64,000 nt of DNA from Piedraia hortae CBS 480.64 (lineage: Eukaryota), in contig MU005964.1 of assembly GCA_010093745.1 (NCBI GenBank), forward strand, positions 248,001-312,000, in the 5' to 3' direction. Position numbers and translations under genes: made by a program. Below, one piece after another: positions 45,570-57,210 of this stretch; the stretch's first letter is position 1, and the number at the start of each line of letters is the position of its first letter. The notes under the pieces are model-generated. The model was given only the letters and a program-made list of their open reading frames with translations. It had not been told where the DNA came from and made no database searches.

Positions 45570-47927
45570 ATGACAACGTTGAGCAAAGCTCCATTCCGCC
45601 CTCAAGATCATGCGGCTGCGGCCCAAGTCGTAAAGTCCCTGGAGCAACACAAAGGTAACAAGTCCGGCAAGGGCGGGTTTTCCTGTAAGAAGGTCACATA
45701 TGACATTCCCGATGCCGGCGTAAGCGTCGATTCGTGGAAGTTGAATGACTGGGACTACAAGAAGCCGAATCTCCCCACCTACGCCCGCGGGCTCTTTACT
45801 ACCAAGAACAGCAAAGGCCAATGGGAGATTGTGGTTCGCGGGTACAACAAGTTCTTCAACGTGGGCGAAGTCAACGAGACTCAATGGAGGAATGTGGAGA
45901 ATAACACCAAAGGCCCATACGAGTTGAGTGTTAAGGAAAACGGATGCATCATCTTTCTCTCAGGCATGGAGAGCGGCAAGCTTCTCGTGTGCAGCAAGCA
46001 CTCAACCGGTCCACGTAAAGGGTCCGATGCTAACCACTCGACTGCGGGCGAGAAGTGGGCTGAGAAGCATCTAGCAAGCGTAGGTAAGACCAAGGAGCAG
46101 CTGGCGGCCAAGCTGCGTGAACTCAACGTCACTGCCGTTGCCGAGCTTTGTGATGATGAGTTCGAGGAGCATGTGCTAAAGTACACGCCCGAGCAATCGG
46201 GTCTCTACCTTCACGGTCTGAACCTCAATGCTCCCGAGTTCGTCACCTACCCACATGATCTTCTTGATCGGTTTGCAGAGGAGTGGGGGTTCCGAAAGAC
46301 GAGTTACCTTGTCAAGGACGATATCAGAGATGTTCAAGCTTTCCTGGAGACCGTAGGTGAGCAGGGCGGCCACTACAATGGCCGTGACACCGAAGGCTTC
46401 GTCATCCGCTGCCACTCAAAGGCTGGGAGCGGCGAGTGGCACAATTGGTTCTTCAAATACAAGTTCGAGGAACCGTATCTCATGTACCGTCAGTGGCGCG
46501 AGTGTACAAAGTCAATGGTCTCTGGTAAAAAGCCAAATATCAAGAAGCACGAGAAAGTCACGAAAGAATACCTTGAGTTTGCGCGTGAGGCGTTCAGGAG
46601 AAATCCTTCTTTGCAGAAAAGGTACATGTCAAATCACGGCATCATCGAGCTCCGCGATGCTTTCTTGGCTTCTCGGGGACAGAGGGGCCATGACATTATC
46701 GCCGAAGAGGAGAAGAGCGAGGAGCCCGTTACCGGCAACGTTGTTCTAGTACCCGTAGCTACCATTGGCTGCGGGAAAACTACGTTAGCAGTGGCCTTGT
46801 GCAAACTCTTTGGATGGGGACATGTGCAGAACGACAACATTACCGGTAAGAAAAAGCCTGCTGCACTGACTAAAGCCTGTGTGGAGCAGCTCAGCAGCTG
46901 TCCTGCCGTTGTTGCTGATCGCAACAACCACCAACGTCGGGAGCGCAGGCAACTGGTGGACGATACCTCTGTGATTTGTCCCAGCGCCAGGTATGTCTGT
47001 CTGCACTACACACACGAGCGCAGCAACTACGACCAGGTCCGTGAGGTAACAAGAGCGCGTGTCTTGGGACGGGGCGACAACCACCAGACCATCCACGCCG
47101 CTTCTGACAAAAAGAAAGTTGAGGTCATCATGGAGGGTTTTCTAAAGCGGTTTGAGAGCGTCGATGGGGGCACTTCGCCAGACGACCGGTTTGACCTCAT
47201 CATCAATCTCGATCCTTGTGCTGATTCAGCTGAAAACGTTCAGACTGCGGTGGAGGAACTTTACAAGGCCTTCCCAAAGTTGTTCAAACGAGCGAAGCCG
47301 TCAAAGGAGGATATTAATTCTGCTGTCGAAGCAGCAATCAACGACTATCGGGTGGAAATTCGGCATACGATTGGGGATTCAAAACGTGACAAGACCAGGG
47401 GCGGTGATAAAGCTGCGAAGGCGAACAAGCCGAAAGCTCCTAAGAAGAAAAAGGCACAATTTTTTGCCGCGCAGCTCCCTGTTGGACGCATCAGAAGCGC
47501 TCTCGCCGCCGTGTTTCGCGATGCTTCTCCAGAGCAGGTTGAGCTGTACAACCACCTGCTCAAGGAGGACCGCATTCAACCCGCCTTCCATGTCACTCTC
47601 ATCCACAGCGCCGATTCTAAGGCCAATGCCGACTACTGGAAGCATCTCAACGACCTCGCAGAGGCAGATGGACTGGGCACCGTAAAGGTTCGCTTGGACC
47701 GTTTAGTCTGGGACGACCGAGTCATGGCTTTCACGGCCATCATACAGGACTCTGAGTTGTACTCGGTAAACCAGCCGCCCCATATCACGGTTGGCACGAT
47801 AGAGGGCGTCAAGCCCGTTGAGTCAAATAGGATGCTGCAAAGATGGCAAGAGGAGAGTGTTGGCCATGATATTGTCATTAAAGGCAATGTTGCGTTCGAG
47901 TGCCCAGTAGAGGCAGTGTACAGGTAG
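45570..47927 (+). CDS. TRL1: Fungal tRNA ligase
   Basis: Ligase motif KENG, EGFVIR, kinase P-loop ATIGCGKT, CPD HVT/HIT motifs. Confidence 0.95.
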   Translation: MTTLSKAPFRPQDHAAAAQVVKSLEQHKGNKSGKGGFSCKKVTYDIPDAGVSVDSWKLNDWDYKKPNLPTYARGLFTTKNSKGQWEIVVRGYNKFFNVGEVNETQWRNVENNTKGPYELSVKENGCIIFLSGMESGKLLVCSKHSTGPRKGSDANHSTAGEKWAEKHLASVGKTKEQLAAKLRELNVTAVAELCDDEFEEHVLKYTPEQSGLYLHGLNLNAPEFVTYPHDLLDRFAEEWGFRKTSYLVKDDIRDVQAFLETVGEQGGHYNGRDTEGFVIRCHSKAGSGEWHNWFFKYKFEEPYLMYRQWRECTKSMVSGKKPNIKKHEKVTKEYLEFAREAFRRNPSLQKRYMSNHGIIELRDAFLASRGQRGHDIIAEEEKSEEPVTGNVVLVPVATIGCGKTTLAVALCKLFGWGHVQNDNITGKKKPAALTKACVEQLSSCPAVVADRNNHQRRERRQLVDDTSVICPSARYVCLHYTHERSNYDQVREVTRARVLGRGDNHQTIHAASDKKKVEVIMEGFLKRFESVDGGTSPDDRFDLIINLDPCADSAENVQTAVEELYKAFPKLFKRAKPSKEDINSAVEAAINDYRVEIRHTIGDSKRDKTRGGDKAAKANKPKAPKKKKAQFFAAQLPVGRIRSALAAVFRDASPEQVELYNHLLKEDRIQPAFHVTLIHSADSKANADYWKHLNDLAEADGLGTVKVRLDRLVWDDRVMAFTAIIQDSELYSVNQPPHITVGTIEGVKPVESNRMLQRWQEESVGHDIVIKGNVAFECPVEAVYR

Positions 47928-48106
47928 GCTGGCAATGGGACGAGTGTGTTAGAAGTTATGTCACTTTATACCCTGTACGATGATTCTTAAGAAGTATAAT
48001 GAATTCAACAGATGATTTGTGAGCAATCAAAGTCAAACAAAACAAATTATACAGGAGAAGAAACTACGGGTGAGTGGAGTGGTGGTCCGAACCTCGGTCC
48101 GCCAAC

Positions 48107-49009
48107 ATGACAACGAAAGTCGCACTTGTAATCGGCTCCTCACGGGGCATTGGGCGACAGCTTGCAGTGGACTTGGCATCACAAGGCTACATAGTAGTCC
48201 TTTCAGCCAAGTCGACATCCGACGCAACGAAATGCGATCCATTCCCACCCGATCCCAACAGCCCCTCATCCACCATCAACACCGTTGCGCGTGAGATTAC
48301 AGAGAATGGAGGCCGTGCAACAGCAATCGCCGCCGACGTCCGCGATGGAGCGAGCATCACCTCCCTCGTGACCCAGACCATAACCCTCCACGGACGCCTC
48401 GACGTGTTAGTCTACAACAGCGGGGCCATCTGGTGGGACAGCGTGGCACAAACGCCCGCGAAGCGATTCAAACTAATGCAGCAGGTCAACCCCGAGGGCC
48501 TCTACATCTGCGTACAGAAATGTCTCCCACATCTGTACAATACCTCGGGTCGACTCGTTGTAGTCAGCCCGCCCATCTATTCCCGCTTTCTGCGGGGAAA
48601 GACGGCGTACGCAATGGGGAAGTGGGGCATGTCGGCCCTCACCATGGGATTAGCCATGGACTTTGTGCGTGAGGGGAGGGAGGGAATGGCTATAACATCC
48701 CTCTGGCCTGCTGTGGCAATTGAGTCTGCGGCTACGAAAGTTCATCTCTCTGAAGAGGATAAGAAAGATCTCCGCAAGGCGACCATCTTCTCCCACGCGG
48801 TGCTTGAGATTCTGCGGGCTCCTGCCGCCGAGGTTAACGGACGATGTCTTCTCGATGAGGATTATTTGAGGGAGAAGGGGGTGAGGGATTTTGGAAAGTA
48901 TAGCCTCGTACCCGGGACGGTGCCTAGGAGGATTATGCCAGAGTCTCTACCAGATCTGAGCGTAAAGGAACAGGATGATGAGGGGAGGAGGATGACGAGC
49001 AAAATTTAG
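48107..49009 (+). CDS. Short-chain dehydrogenase/reductase, HSDL2-like; PTS1-like SKI end
   Basis: GSSRGIG, YAMGK catalytic motif, SLWP, C-terminal SKI. Confidence 0.88.
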   Translation: MTTKVALVIGSSRGIGRQLAVDLASQGYIVVLSAKSTSDATKCDPFPPDPNSPSSTINTVAREITENGGRATAIAADVRDGASITSLVTQTITLHGRLDVLVYNSGAIWWDSVAQTPAKRFKLMQQVNPEGLYICVQKCLPHLYNTSGRLVVVSPPIYSRFLRGKTAYAMGKWGMSALTMGLAMDFVREGREGMAITSLWPAVAIESAATKVHLSEEDKKDLRKATIFSHAVLEILRAPAAEVNGRCLLDEDYLREKGVRDFGKYSLVPGTVPRRIMPESLPDLSVKEQDDEGRRMTSKI

Positions 49010-49070
49010 GTTAGCCGTAAAGGGAAGGTACCGAACCCTAATGTGCGACGCTGAACCCTCCTTCAACCTC

Positions 49071-49865
49071 ATGGACGAAGACGAAGCAATAGAAGTTATC
49101 GTCCGATTCGCGTCCTCTCAGGGGGACGTTGCCATCCCAATCCTCAGCCCATCAACAACTAGCGTCCAATCCCTGATCGTCACCCTCCGCCACCGCCTCA
49201 GCGATGGAGAAAATGAAGCCTCATCTCGCAAACTCCGACTCATCCACGCCGGCAAAGTCCTAACATCCACTTCCTCCATAAGCAGCACATTCGCACCAAT
49301 CTCCTCCCCCTCTAAAAAACAAACGGGTAAACTCCCCCAACGCAAAATCTACATCCACTGCTCAGTGGGGGATACGACCCTCACCCCCTCAGAGCTCGAA
49401 GACGAAGCCCTCCAAGCGCAGAACGCCGACTCCGCATTGCGCGAAGCATCCCTCGATCCCGACACATCCACCGCCCCCCCTGCGGAAGCGTCCAACACCC
49501 CACGCGGTTTTGACCGCCTGCTTACCGCGGGCTTCACCCCCGCGGAGGTCGCGCAGCTGCGGACGCAGTTCCTCGCCATACAAGCGTACACGCACACATC
49601 GGATGAGGTCCCCTCGGGGAACGAACTGCTTGCATTGGAGGAGAGGTGGCTTGATCGAGGAGGGGGGGAGGAAGGGTCTGTTGATGAGGATCCCGAGATG
49701 GGGATCGCGGATATGTTATACGGGAATTTGATTGGGTTTGTGTGGCCGCTTGGCGCGTTGGTGTTTTTGAGGGAACATGGTGTTTGGTCTAGAAGGAGAC
49801 AGGTAAACCTCCTCGCGGGGGTACTGGTTAATCTTACGTTTGGGTTGGTTAGGGCTTTGATGTGA
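49071..49865 (+). CDS. DSC3: DSC E3 ligase complex subunit Dsc3
   Basis: Ubiquitin-like LRLIHAGK, YIHCSVGD, PRGFDRLLTAGF, LEERWLD, two C-terminal TMs. Confidence 0.85.
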   Translation: MDEDEAIEVIVRFASSQGDVAIPILSPSTTSVQSLIVTLRHRLSDGENEASSRKLRLIHAGKVLTSTSSISSTFAPISSPSKKQTGKLPQRKIYIHCSVGDTTLTPSELEDEALQAQNADSALREASLDPDTSTAPPAEASNTPRGFDRLLTAGFTPAEVAQLRTQFLAIQAYTHTSDEVPSGNELLALEERWLDRGGGEEGSVDEDPEMGIADMLYGNLIGFVWPLGALVFLREHGVWSRRRQVNLLAGVLVNLTFGLVRALM

Positions 49866-49868
49866 AAT

Positions 49869-49939
49869 CTTTCTTTTTTTTTTCTTTTTTTCTTTTTTTC
49901 TTTTTTTTTTTTCTTTTTTTTCTTTTTCTTTCTTTTTTT
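49869..49939. repeat. Poly(T)-rich tract between convergent DSC3 and sirtuin genes
   Basis: ~70 nt of T interrupted by single C. Confidence 0.9.
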
Positions 49940-49963
49940 CGCAGATGAAGACTTTGATGAAGG

Positions 49964-51241
49964 CTACACAATCCGTAAACGATGTACATGAGACTCTCCA
50001 TCGACTGCAAACTCCCATTTTCCGGTTAATTGACCCTCCCTCCACCCCGCCCGCACAGCCAACTCCTGCACGATATCATCACAATCACCCAACAACTGGA
50101 TATCGAAATCGATATGCCTAACCGGCTCCCGCGAGATGTATATATGCGGTATACCGGGTTTCATCCGACCCGGCATCTCGCTCACGGGCGCGACCTGCAG
50201 GGAAGTACCTATCGCAAGAACAAGATCCGCATCATGCACATCCCCCGACTCGAACCTAGCGAAGAACGAATCGGACAACTTCTCGCCGAAGAAGGTTATA
50301 TCCGGCTTCATCACGCCGGGACCAACGTCCTCGTCTGAGTCATCGTCATCGTTTTGGGAACGTTTTTTACGGGCTGGGGCGGGACACTGTGTGCACAGCG
50401 ATACTTTACCCGCGCGAATGTCAGGGAAGATGGTTTCCCCGGGTACTTGCTGCTTGCAGCGGCGACAGGTTGCTGTTGCGAAGCTCCCATGACATTGCAC
50501 CACGCACGCGGGGGAGACGCCTGCTAAACGCTCCAGGTTGTCGATGTTTTGGGTGTAGTTTGTTAGTAGACGGGATTGGTCCTGGAGGAGTTTGAGGAAG
50601 GAGTGGGTGGGTGTGAAGCGGTTTTGGTCGGGGAGCAAGAGGCTCGCTAGACGGTAGAATATGCTTGGGTCGGAGTCAAAGGTTTCAATGTCGAAGACGT
50701 CTTCGGGCTCCAGCATGCCCATGCTTTGGAGTCGATCGTAGAACCCCGTGCCGGGAGAGCGGAAGTCGGGGATCCCGAGGGAGGTTGAGATTCCCGCTCC
50801 GGTTATGACGAGGATTTTATGGGAGGACTTGAGGAGAGATACTGCGTCGTCTAAGGTGTTGTATTGAGGGAGCTTGGTGCGGCTGTAAAATGCCCGACGA
50901 ACGGCAGATATGAGTCGGCCGGGATCGACGGTCGTGGGATCCAGACCAAATGCCTGGGCGAGCTCGTTCAGGTTCCATAGATGACGCTTGAGAAAGTCTT
51001 GAATCCCCACTGATCGGAGTTCTGATATGTAATCGCTCTCCTCGTCTTGGGTGCCTTCCTCTTCGGGCAATTCCAACTTCATCTTGGATTTGGCCGTAGA
51101 AGGCCCGCAGACCGTTTCGCCGCGCTTGCGCTTTCCATTACTGCCGCTGGGAAAGGCTACGGGGTCTATACTTTCGACATCATCACCGCCCAACGAATGG
51201 CCGTCCAGCGGCCGAGACTCGGCATCTTCATGTTGGGCCAT
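49964..51241 (-). CDS. SIR2: NAD-dependent deacetylase, Sir2/Hst1 class
   Basis: GAGISTSLGIPDFRS, YTQNID, QCHGSF, CxxC..CxxC, KPDITFFGE, GTSLQVAPV. Confidence 0.93.
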   Translation of the reverse strand: MAQHEDAESRPLDGHSLGGDDVESIDPVAFPSGSNGKRKRGETVCGPSTAKSKMKLELPEEEGTQDEESDYISELRSVGIQDFLKRHLWNLNELAQAFGLDPTTVDPGRLISAVRRAFYSRTKLPQYNTLDDAVSLLKSSHKILVITGAGISTSLGIPDFRSPGTGFYDRLQSMGMLEPEDVFDIETFDSDPSIFYRLASLLLPDQNRFTPTHSFLKLLQDQSRLLTNYTQNIDNLERLAGVSPACVVQCHGSFATATCRRCKQQVPGETIFPDIRAGKVSLCTQCPAPARKKRSQNDDDDSDEDVGPGVMKPDITFFGEKLSDSFFARFESGDVHDADLVLAIGTSLQVAPVSEMPGRMKPGIPHIYISREPVRHIDFDIQLLGDCDDIVQELAVRAGWREGQLTGKWEFAVDGESHVHRLRIV

Positions 51242-51304
51242 GGGGATGGAATCAGCGGAAAGGTTCCGAGGGAAGATACTCTGCGCATTAAGTAGGTTTG
51301 ACAG

Positions 51305-51809
51305 CTAATAACCCCGTCCGTACTTGACAGCATGAGCGCGTGCAAGGCGCTCTTGCTCTTTCCAACCCTGATATTCGCGTCCCCATTCCTGCTTCCAGTA
51401 CCAGATGTCCTCCACCACGCCAGCAGGGCCTCTGGCGAAAAACCACAGTGCCAAGACCGCCACCGCGCTCCAAAACATGATGCGACGGGCGAGTCTGACC
51501 CAGAACTTGACCGTCTGCCACAGGATGTCCAAGATTTTGAGGCTTGCGACGATGACAACCAGCAGCAGCGCAATGCTCGCCAGGTCCGGCTTGTTGGTGA
51601 GCTGATTCACTATTGCAAGGAGAAAGGTCTTGACCGTTGTGATGAGCGAGTAGAAGTGGGTAATGTAAGGGCCGTATTTGGCCAGATAGTTGAAGTTTTG
51701 CTGCATCTCGTGCTCGTTGCCTAGCAGGAAACCTGCCCAGTCTATGCCGAAGTCAGTCGCGAGTTGTTCAGTGTTGGTTTCTGCTGTTCTTGCCTTGAAT
51801 CACATCCAT
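51305..51809 (-). CDS. APQ12: Nuclear pore assembly protein Apq12-like (GC-AG intron 51742-51793)
   Basis: MDVIQ|DWAG...PDLASIALLLVVIVASLKILD...WFFARG; two TMs. Confidence 0.75.
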
Positions 51810-52002
51810 CTTGGGCCAGCCGAATTATGGGAAGCGATTGATGTTGTGTCTGAGTCACGTCACGTCTCAAACGGGAAGGCGCGACAGGCTATTAATGGAT
51901 TGACAGGCAGGTGCTGTGTCAAATGAGGCATATGACTATGCTCTAATTCTTTGTTCTGTTGAGACAAAGTTGTCTGCTCAGCTTGTTGTCTATCTGCACG
52001 TT

Positions 52003-52607
52003 CTACCTCCGTCTCCACTTATCCAACGCCTCTTCAAAGCCCTCGCCGTTGTTGTCGCAACGCTCGCCCACAAGCGCCCACGTCCTTGTTCTGATAATGT
52101 TTTCCACCGACCTTTCATTTCTAATCAATCCCGCCAGAGCCTCTGTCTTTCCTTCTTTGGGAATGTACCGTGCAGAGTAGGGATCCAGCCGCGCGTCCAC
52201 GATGCGCTCCCGGTGCTTCATGTCGCGCGTTTCGTGAAGCATATGGTCTGGGTCCTCTGGATCCGGCGACGTAGCAACGCCGGCGCAGTAGTTTAGTAAA
52301 TCGCTACGGGCTTGCCATGACGGGAATAGGGCCTTGTCTTTGAAGTCGCGACAACTCGCGCCTTCGACTGTTCTCCGTTGCGGTGGCCGCGTCGCAGTCA
52401 ATGGTTCTGTCCCCGGCGTGGAGAGCGCATCGAGTCTTTGCACTATAGTGTCGTCTACCATTGCGCGCGAGTAGCGTAGGAAATCTGCGGGTTCATTCTT
52501 GTTATGAATGAGCGTCGGACTATTTGGTGGATGAACAAAGACGAACCTCGTAAGTCTTTTTGGTTGAAGCAGAACTGCGGCGTCAGTTGCTGCGATGGCT
52601 CCGGCAT
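52003..52607 (-). CDS. MIX23: Mix23/Cid2 mitochondrial IMS protein (one intron)
   Basis: LTPQFCFNQ..LR|DFLRYSR..VDD, LFPSWQAR, RLDPYSAR, ENIIRTRTW. Confidence 0.88.
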
Positions 52608-52824
52608 ATTTTGCTGGTTGGGGGAACTTCAAAATTGTGGTGTTTGTATGTAGCATGGGTGGTATACAGAACCGTTGGATTTTCCACCTCCCCCAAACCT
52701 TCCGCCTCTGCTTATGTTATGGTCACGTCGCCTGTGTTCTGAAATCTACTGTACTACGCGTAGAACCTACCGGTTCAAACAGTGCCTAAATCGCGGCCAG
52801 CTTCAGTTTCTGGTCGCCTATCAA

Positions 52825-55418
52825 ATGGCCCCAAAACAGGCACAACTCGGGTATGTGAAGCCAGCGCAGCAGACATTGGGGTACGCGTCTGCGATCGGAA
52901 CGTCTCCCTGCTGACGCGTCTTAGAAAGTTCTTTGGTAACTCAGATGCTCCGCCGCAGCAATCCAAGCTCAAGTTTTCTACAAAGACTGGTGGCAAGGAG
53001 GAGGGCAGTGCGGCCGGGGGAGCTCAGAGCAAGGTCAAGAAAGACAAGGAAGAGCGGCTTGACAGTCCTTCTCCATCCAAGAAACGGAGTGCAACGGACA
53101 ACGAGGACTCTCATAACGAAGACAGTGACGATGCACCGCCTACTAAAAAGCAGCGCCGTAAACCCGCTGGAAGCTCCAAGAAGCCGGTCAAAGAGGAATC
53201 CAGCGACGTGGAAATGGCCAATGTAGAAGTGGCTGTCAAGAACGAAGCCAGCGGTGTTGACGCAACAGCTGACAACGTCAAGGAAACCCACATGGCCACA
53301 GCGGATGACAACGTGTCAGACAGCGAAGCAGAGTCTGTCGCTTCCAAAACCGCCAAGAAGAAGCCAACCAAGAGCAAAAAGGGACAGAGCTTACTCGCAC
53401 CCACCAAGGATGTATATCCCGACTGGAAGGCCGGAGATCCCGTGCCTTATGCCGCTCTCTGTGCCACATTTTCCAAGATTGAAATGACGACCAAACGTCT
53501 TGAGATCTTGGCCATTTGCTCTGCGTTCTTGAGGCAGGTCTTGCGCCTCACACCCGAAGATCTGCTGCCTACTGTGCTTCTCATGATCGGAAAGCTGGCT
53601 GCCGATTATGCCGGCGTTGAGCTCGGCATTGGCGAGAGCCTCATCATGAAAGCCATTGGGGAAACGACTGGCCGCAGTCTAAAAATTATCAAGGAAGATC
53701 AGCAAAAAATCGGTGATCTCGGTCTCGTTGCTGCCAAATCGCGGCAGAACCAGCCCACAATGTTCAAGCCCAAACCGCTGACTGCACGTGGTGTGCATGA
53801 AGGTCTGATGAAAATCGCCATTGTCGAAGGACAAGGCGCGCAGAACCGTAAAGTGGACGGGATCAAGAAGCTGTTGTCTGCTGCTGATGTGGCTCTGCCA
53901 AAAGGCCAGGCTATCGATATCACAAAAGACAAGGGAGGGCCTTCCGAGTCGAAGTTCATCATCAGGGCTTTGGAGGGAAAAATGAGACTTGGACTGGCTG
54001 ATAAGAACCTGCAAGTGGCTCTGGCTCATGCAATGGTAGCACATGATCTCGGCCAGAAGACTCCATCCGAAGCCGAGTTGAAAAAGGGCGAGGAGACGTT
54101 CAAAGCAGTGTACAACGAGCTTCCATCTTACGAGGTTATTGTACCCGCCCTGCTCAAGGGCGGCATCTGGAAGCTGCACGAGACCTGCAAACTCCGGCCT
54201 GGAGTACCGCTCAAGCCCATGCTTGCCAAGCCCACCAAGTCTATTGGCGAAGTGCTCGACCGCTTCGAGGGCAAAGACTTTACGTGCGAGTACAAGTACG
54301 ATGGGGAACGTGCTCAGATCCACTTCGTCTCTCACGATGCAGACGAAGAGTTCGCCTCTACCTCGGCGCCGGCTGAAGGCAAGACCTCGCGTGGCATCAG
54401 CAACATCTTCTCCCGCAACTCCGAAGACCTGAGCAAAAAATACCCCGACATCCTAGCCAAGCTGCCCAGCTGGGTGAAGCCCGGCACAAAATCCTTCGTC
54501 TTAGACTGCGAGACGTGTGCATGGGACACCGAAAAAAAACACGTCCTCCCCTTCCAACAACTAATGACGCGCAAACGCAAAGACGTCAAAGCGGAGGACA
54601 TCAAAGTCAAAGTATGCGTCTTCGCCTTTGACCTTCTCTACCTCAACGGCGAAGCCCTGGTGAACAAATCCCTCCGCGACCGCCGCACGCTTCTCCACGA
54701 CTCCTTCAACGAAGCCGAAGGCGAGTTCACATTCGCCAAACACGGCGACGCAAGGGAAGTCGAAGCGATCCAAACTCTGCTGGACGAAGCCATCGCCTCC
54801 TCCTGTGAGGGACTAATGGTAAAGATGCTCGACGGGATGAGCAGCCATTATGAACCCTCCCGCCGATCGCAGAACTGGCTAAAAGTGAAAAAAGACTACC
54901 TAGCCTCTGGAGGAGGCGACTCCCTCGACCTCGTCGTCATAGGAGCATACCACGGTAAAGGGAAACGAACAAGCGTCTACGGCGCTTTCCAGTTGGCATG
55001 CTATAACCCCCGCTCGGAACGCTACGAAACAATCTGTAATATCGGAACGGGGTTCTCGGAGTCTCTTCTTCAAGAGCTTTATGAGACTTTATCTCCACTG
55101 GCGATCGACCGCCCGAAGCCGTTTTATAGCTTCTCCGGTTCGAAGAATGATTATCCGGATGTGTGGCTCGAGCCGAGGTTTGTGTGGGAGGTTAAGACCG
55201 CGGATTTGACGCTATCGCCTAAATACCGCGCTGCGGTCGATGAGGTTGCGAGGGAGGGGAAGGGCGTTTCGCTTCGCTTTCCGAGGTTCATTAGGATCAG
55301 AGAGGATAAGAAGGCTGAAGATGCCACGACGTCGGCGCAGGTTAGGGATATGTACCTCGCTCAAGAGGCGGTGGGGAAGGAGACTAAGGGTGGGGTGGAT
55401 GATGATTTTGAGTATTAG
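52825..55418 (+). CDS. CDC9: DNA ligase I (intron ending 52924; upstream in-frame ATG at 52714)
   Basis: EYKYDGER, CEGLMVK, WLKVKKDY, SLRFPRFIRIREDK; spliced PIP box QxxLGKFF. Confidence 0.97.
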
Positions 55419-55566
55419 TGTGTTCGTCCTGATGGTGTGTAATGATAGAATACAATTGGGTGCACTCGTTATGATACGTCTCTAATGCGTCCTACATATA
55501 GTCTCCCCCATCCTTATCCTGCGGAAAACGCCGTCAAACAAGCCCTGAAATGCTGCCCTCTCCTTT

Positions 55567-56788
55567 TCATTGAGCAATCACGCCCTTGGCAGGAGACGCA
55601 GTTGTGTCTTGACTTTGAGGGGCTGGCGACGGCGAAGGAGACTGCGAACGGGTAGTGCTGCCGTTTGCAGCCGTCGCCGTCTGGCGTTCGCTCTGTTGTG
55701 GCTGTGACTGGGGCGGGTTGCTGGCTTCTGGCAACTTCATCAATAAGCCCTGGCGCACCCAGAGTTCTATCAAAGGCTGCATCGGCTGCGTTTCCTTTTC
55801 ACTGATCAAATTGAATAGCCGGCCGACGTTGATGAAATGCATGAAGCATGTGTTCAGCTCGCGGTGCGAGCCAAAGTTCCAAAAGTCAAGCCAGTGCTGC
55901 CAGTATAGATGTGCATAGCAGCGGAACATTTGCTTATACCTGTTTTCAACCCGTTAGTCGCTGTTTCTGGGTCAATGTACTCTTTGACTTACATGTTGCG
56001 AATGTCGGATTCGAACTCCCGCGGGAAACCTGATACCTTGCCCAGCCAGTCGCTGGCATCGGTGGATTGATCTGTGGAATTGGTGAAATTGGGGGCGGTG
56101 ACGAAGCTGTCTGTAGGGAATCTCGGCCCTTGAATAATACCCCCAACCCACGTTTGAACATAGCTAATGTACCGCGGGGCTGGAATCGTAGTGTATTCTC
56201 GCGAATTCGGGTCCATCCAAGGGTATATGTAAATGCCAGCCGACATTGTAGGACACGTCTGCTCGGTACAGACAGGGCGACCGTTTGCACGGTCTGCTGC
56301 TTGAACACATCCAAGCATATTTGATAAGAGGCGGGTTTGCTCCACCACTACAAAAGACGTTAATGGGGGGAGAAGGGGCAGAAAAAGGACATACGCTGAT
56401 GCGCCAGCCATTCTCCCTTTTCAACATTCTGCGGCTGGGCAGCGAGGGTCATGAAATTGCCCTTTACGATGAACTTGGCATACTCCTCACGGAAGAACAT
56501 GGGGATTTTGCCTTGTCTGGCGGCATTCATATGAAATGCTTGATCGTTCATTACCACTTGAGGACCGGGAGATCCGTATGAGGCTTGACTAAACGCAGGT
56601 GAAGCGTTACTAGACCGGCTTGGTGGCTGACTCGGGTTGCGAGGCACAGCTGCATTGTTTTGCCGCCCAAAGGCACGTCTGTAACAGGGTTGTCAGCTTT
56701 CCACTTATGCAATAATACTTGCATTGCTGCAAGGAATAAATGTTCCATATGTGCCCAACTTTGAAAACTCCCGGAAGACTTGTGTCAT
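55567..56788 (-). CDS. MOB2: Mob1/phocein-family kinase activator (Mob2-like), multi-exon; 5' end uncertain
   Basis: IVKGNFMTLAAQP..VEKGEWLAHQ, CPTMSAG, MFRCYAHLYWQH, LNTCFMHF. Confidence 0.85.
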
Positions 56789-57210
56789 GTCGTACAGTGG
56801 CGCTGTCAGCGGCCAAACAGACAGCTGTAATGAATTTGACCTACGACGCATGAAATGGCCCATATTCTCACCACCGGCCGGTGCTTTTGCCAGTCATTTG
56901 TCTTCGTCTTTACACATGTTGAATTCTTCCGCGCTTTGATTTTCTAGGGCCCAGAAAAAGGGAAGCTACTTACAGATTGCTCATCCAGTTTGCCATATCG
57001 ACCACCTATCGCTTGCGCCCTCTGCAGAACGAGCGTCTATGTCGGCGAGGAAGTTGGCGGGGGACGTGCTCAGGGTGTTCGAGGCCCTGCTGATACAAAC
57101 CCCACTTTTAGCGGCGGGCCGTTCCGAAGCCGTAGCGGGCCGCGTGTCGCCCGTTTGACCGCGTTCGCGGATGCCGACAGTCAGATTGTCGACTTGTTGA
57201 GTCTGCACAA

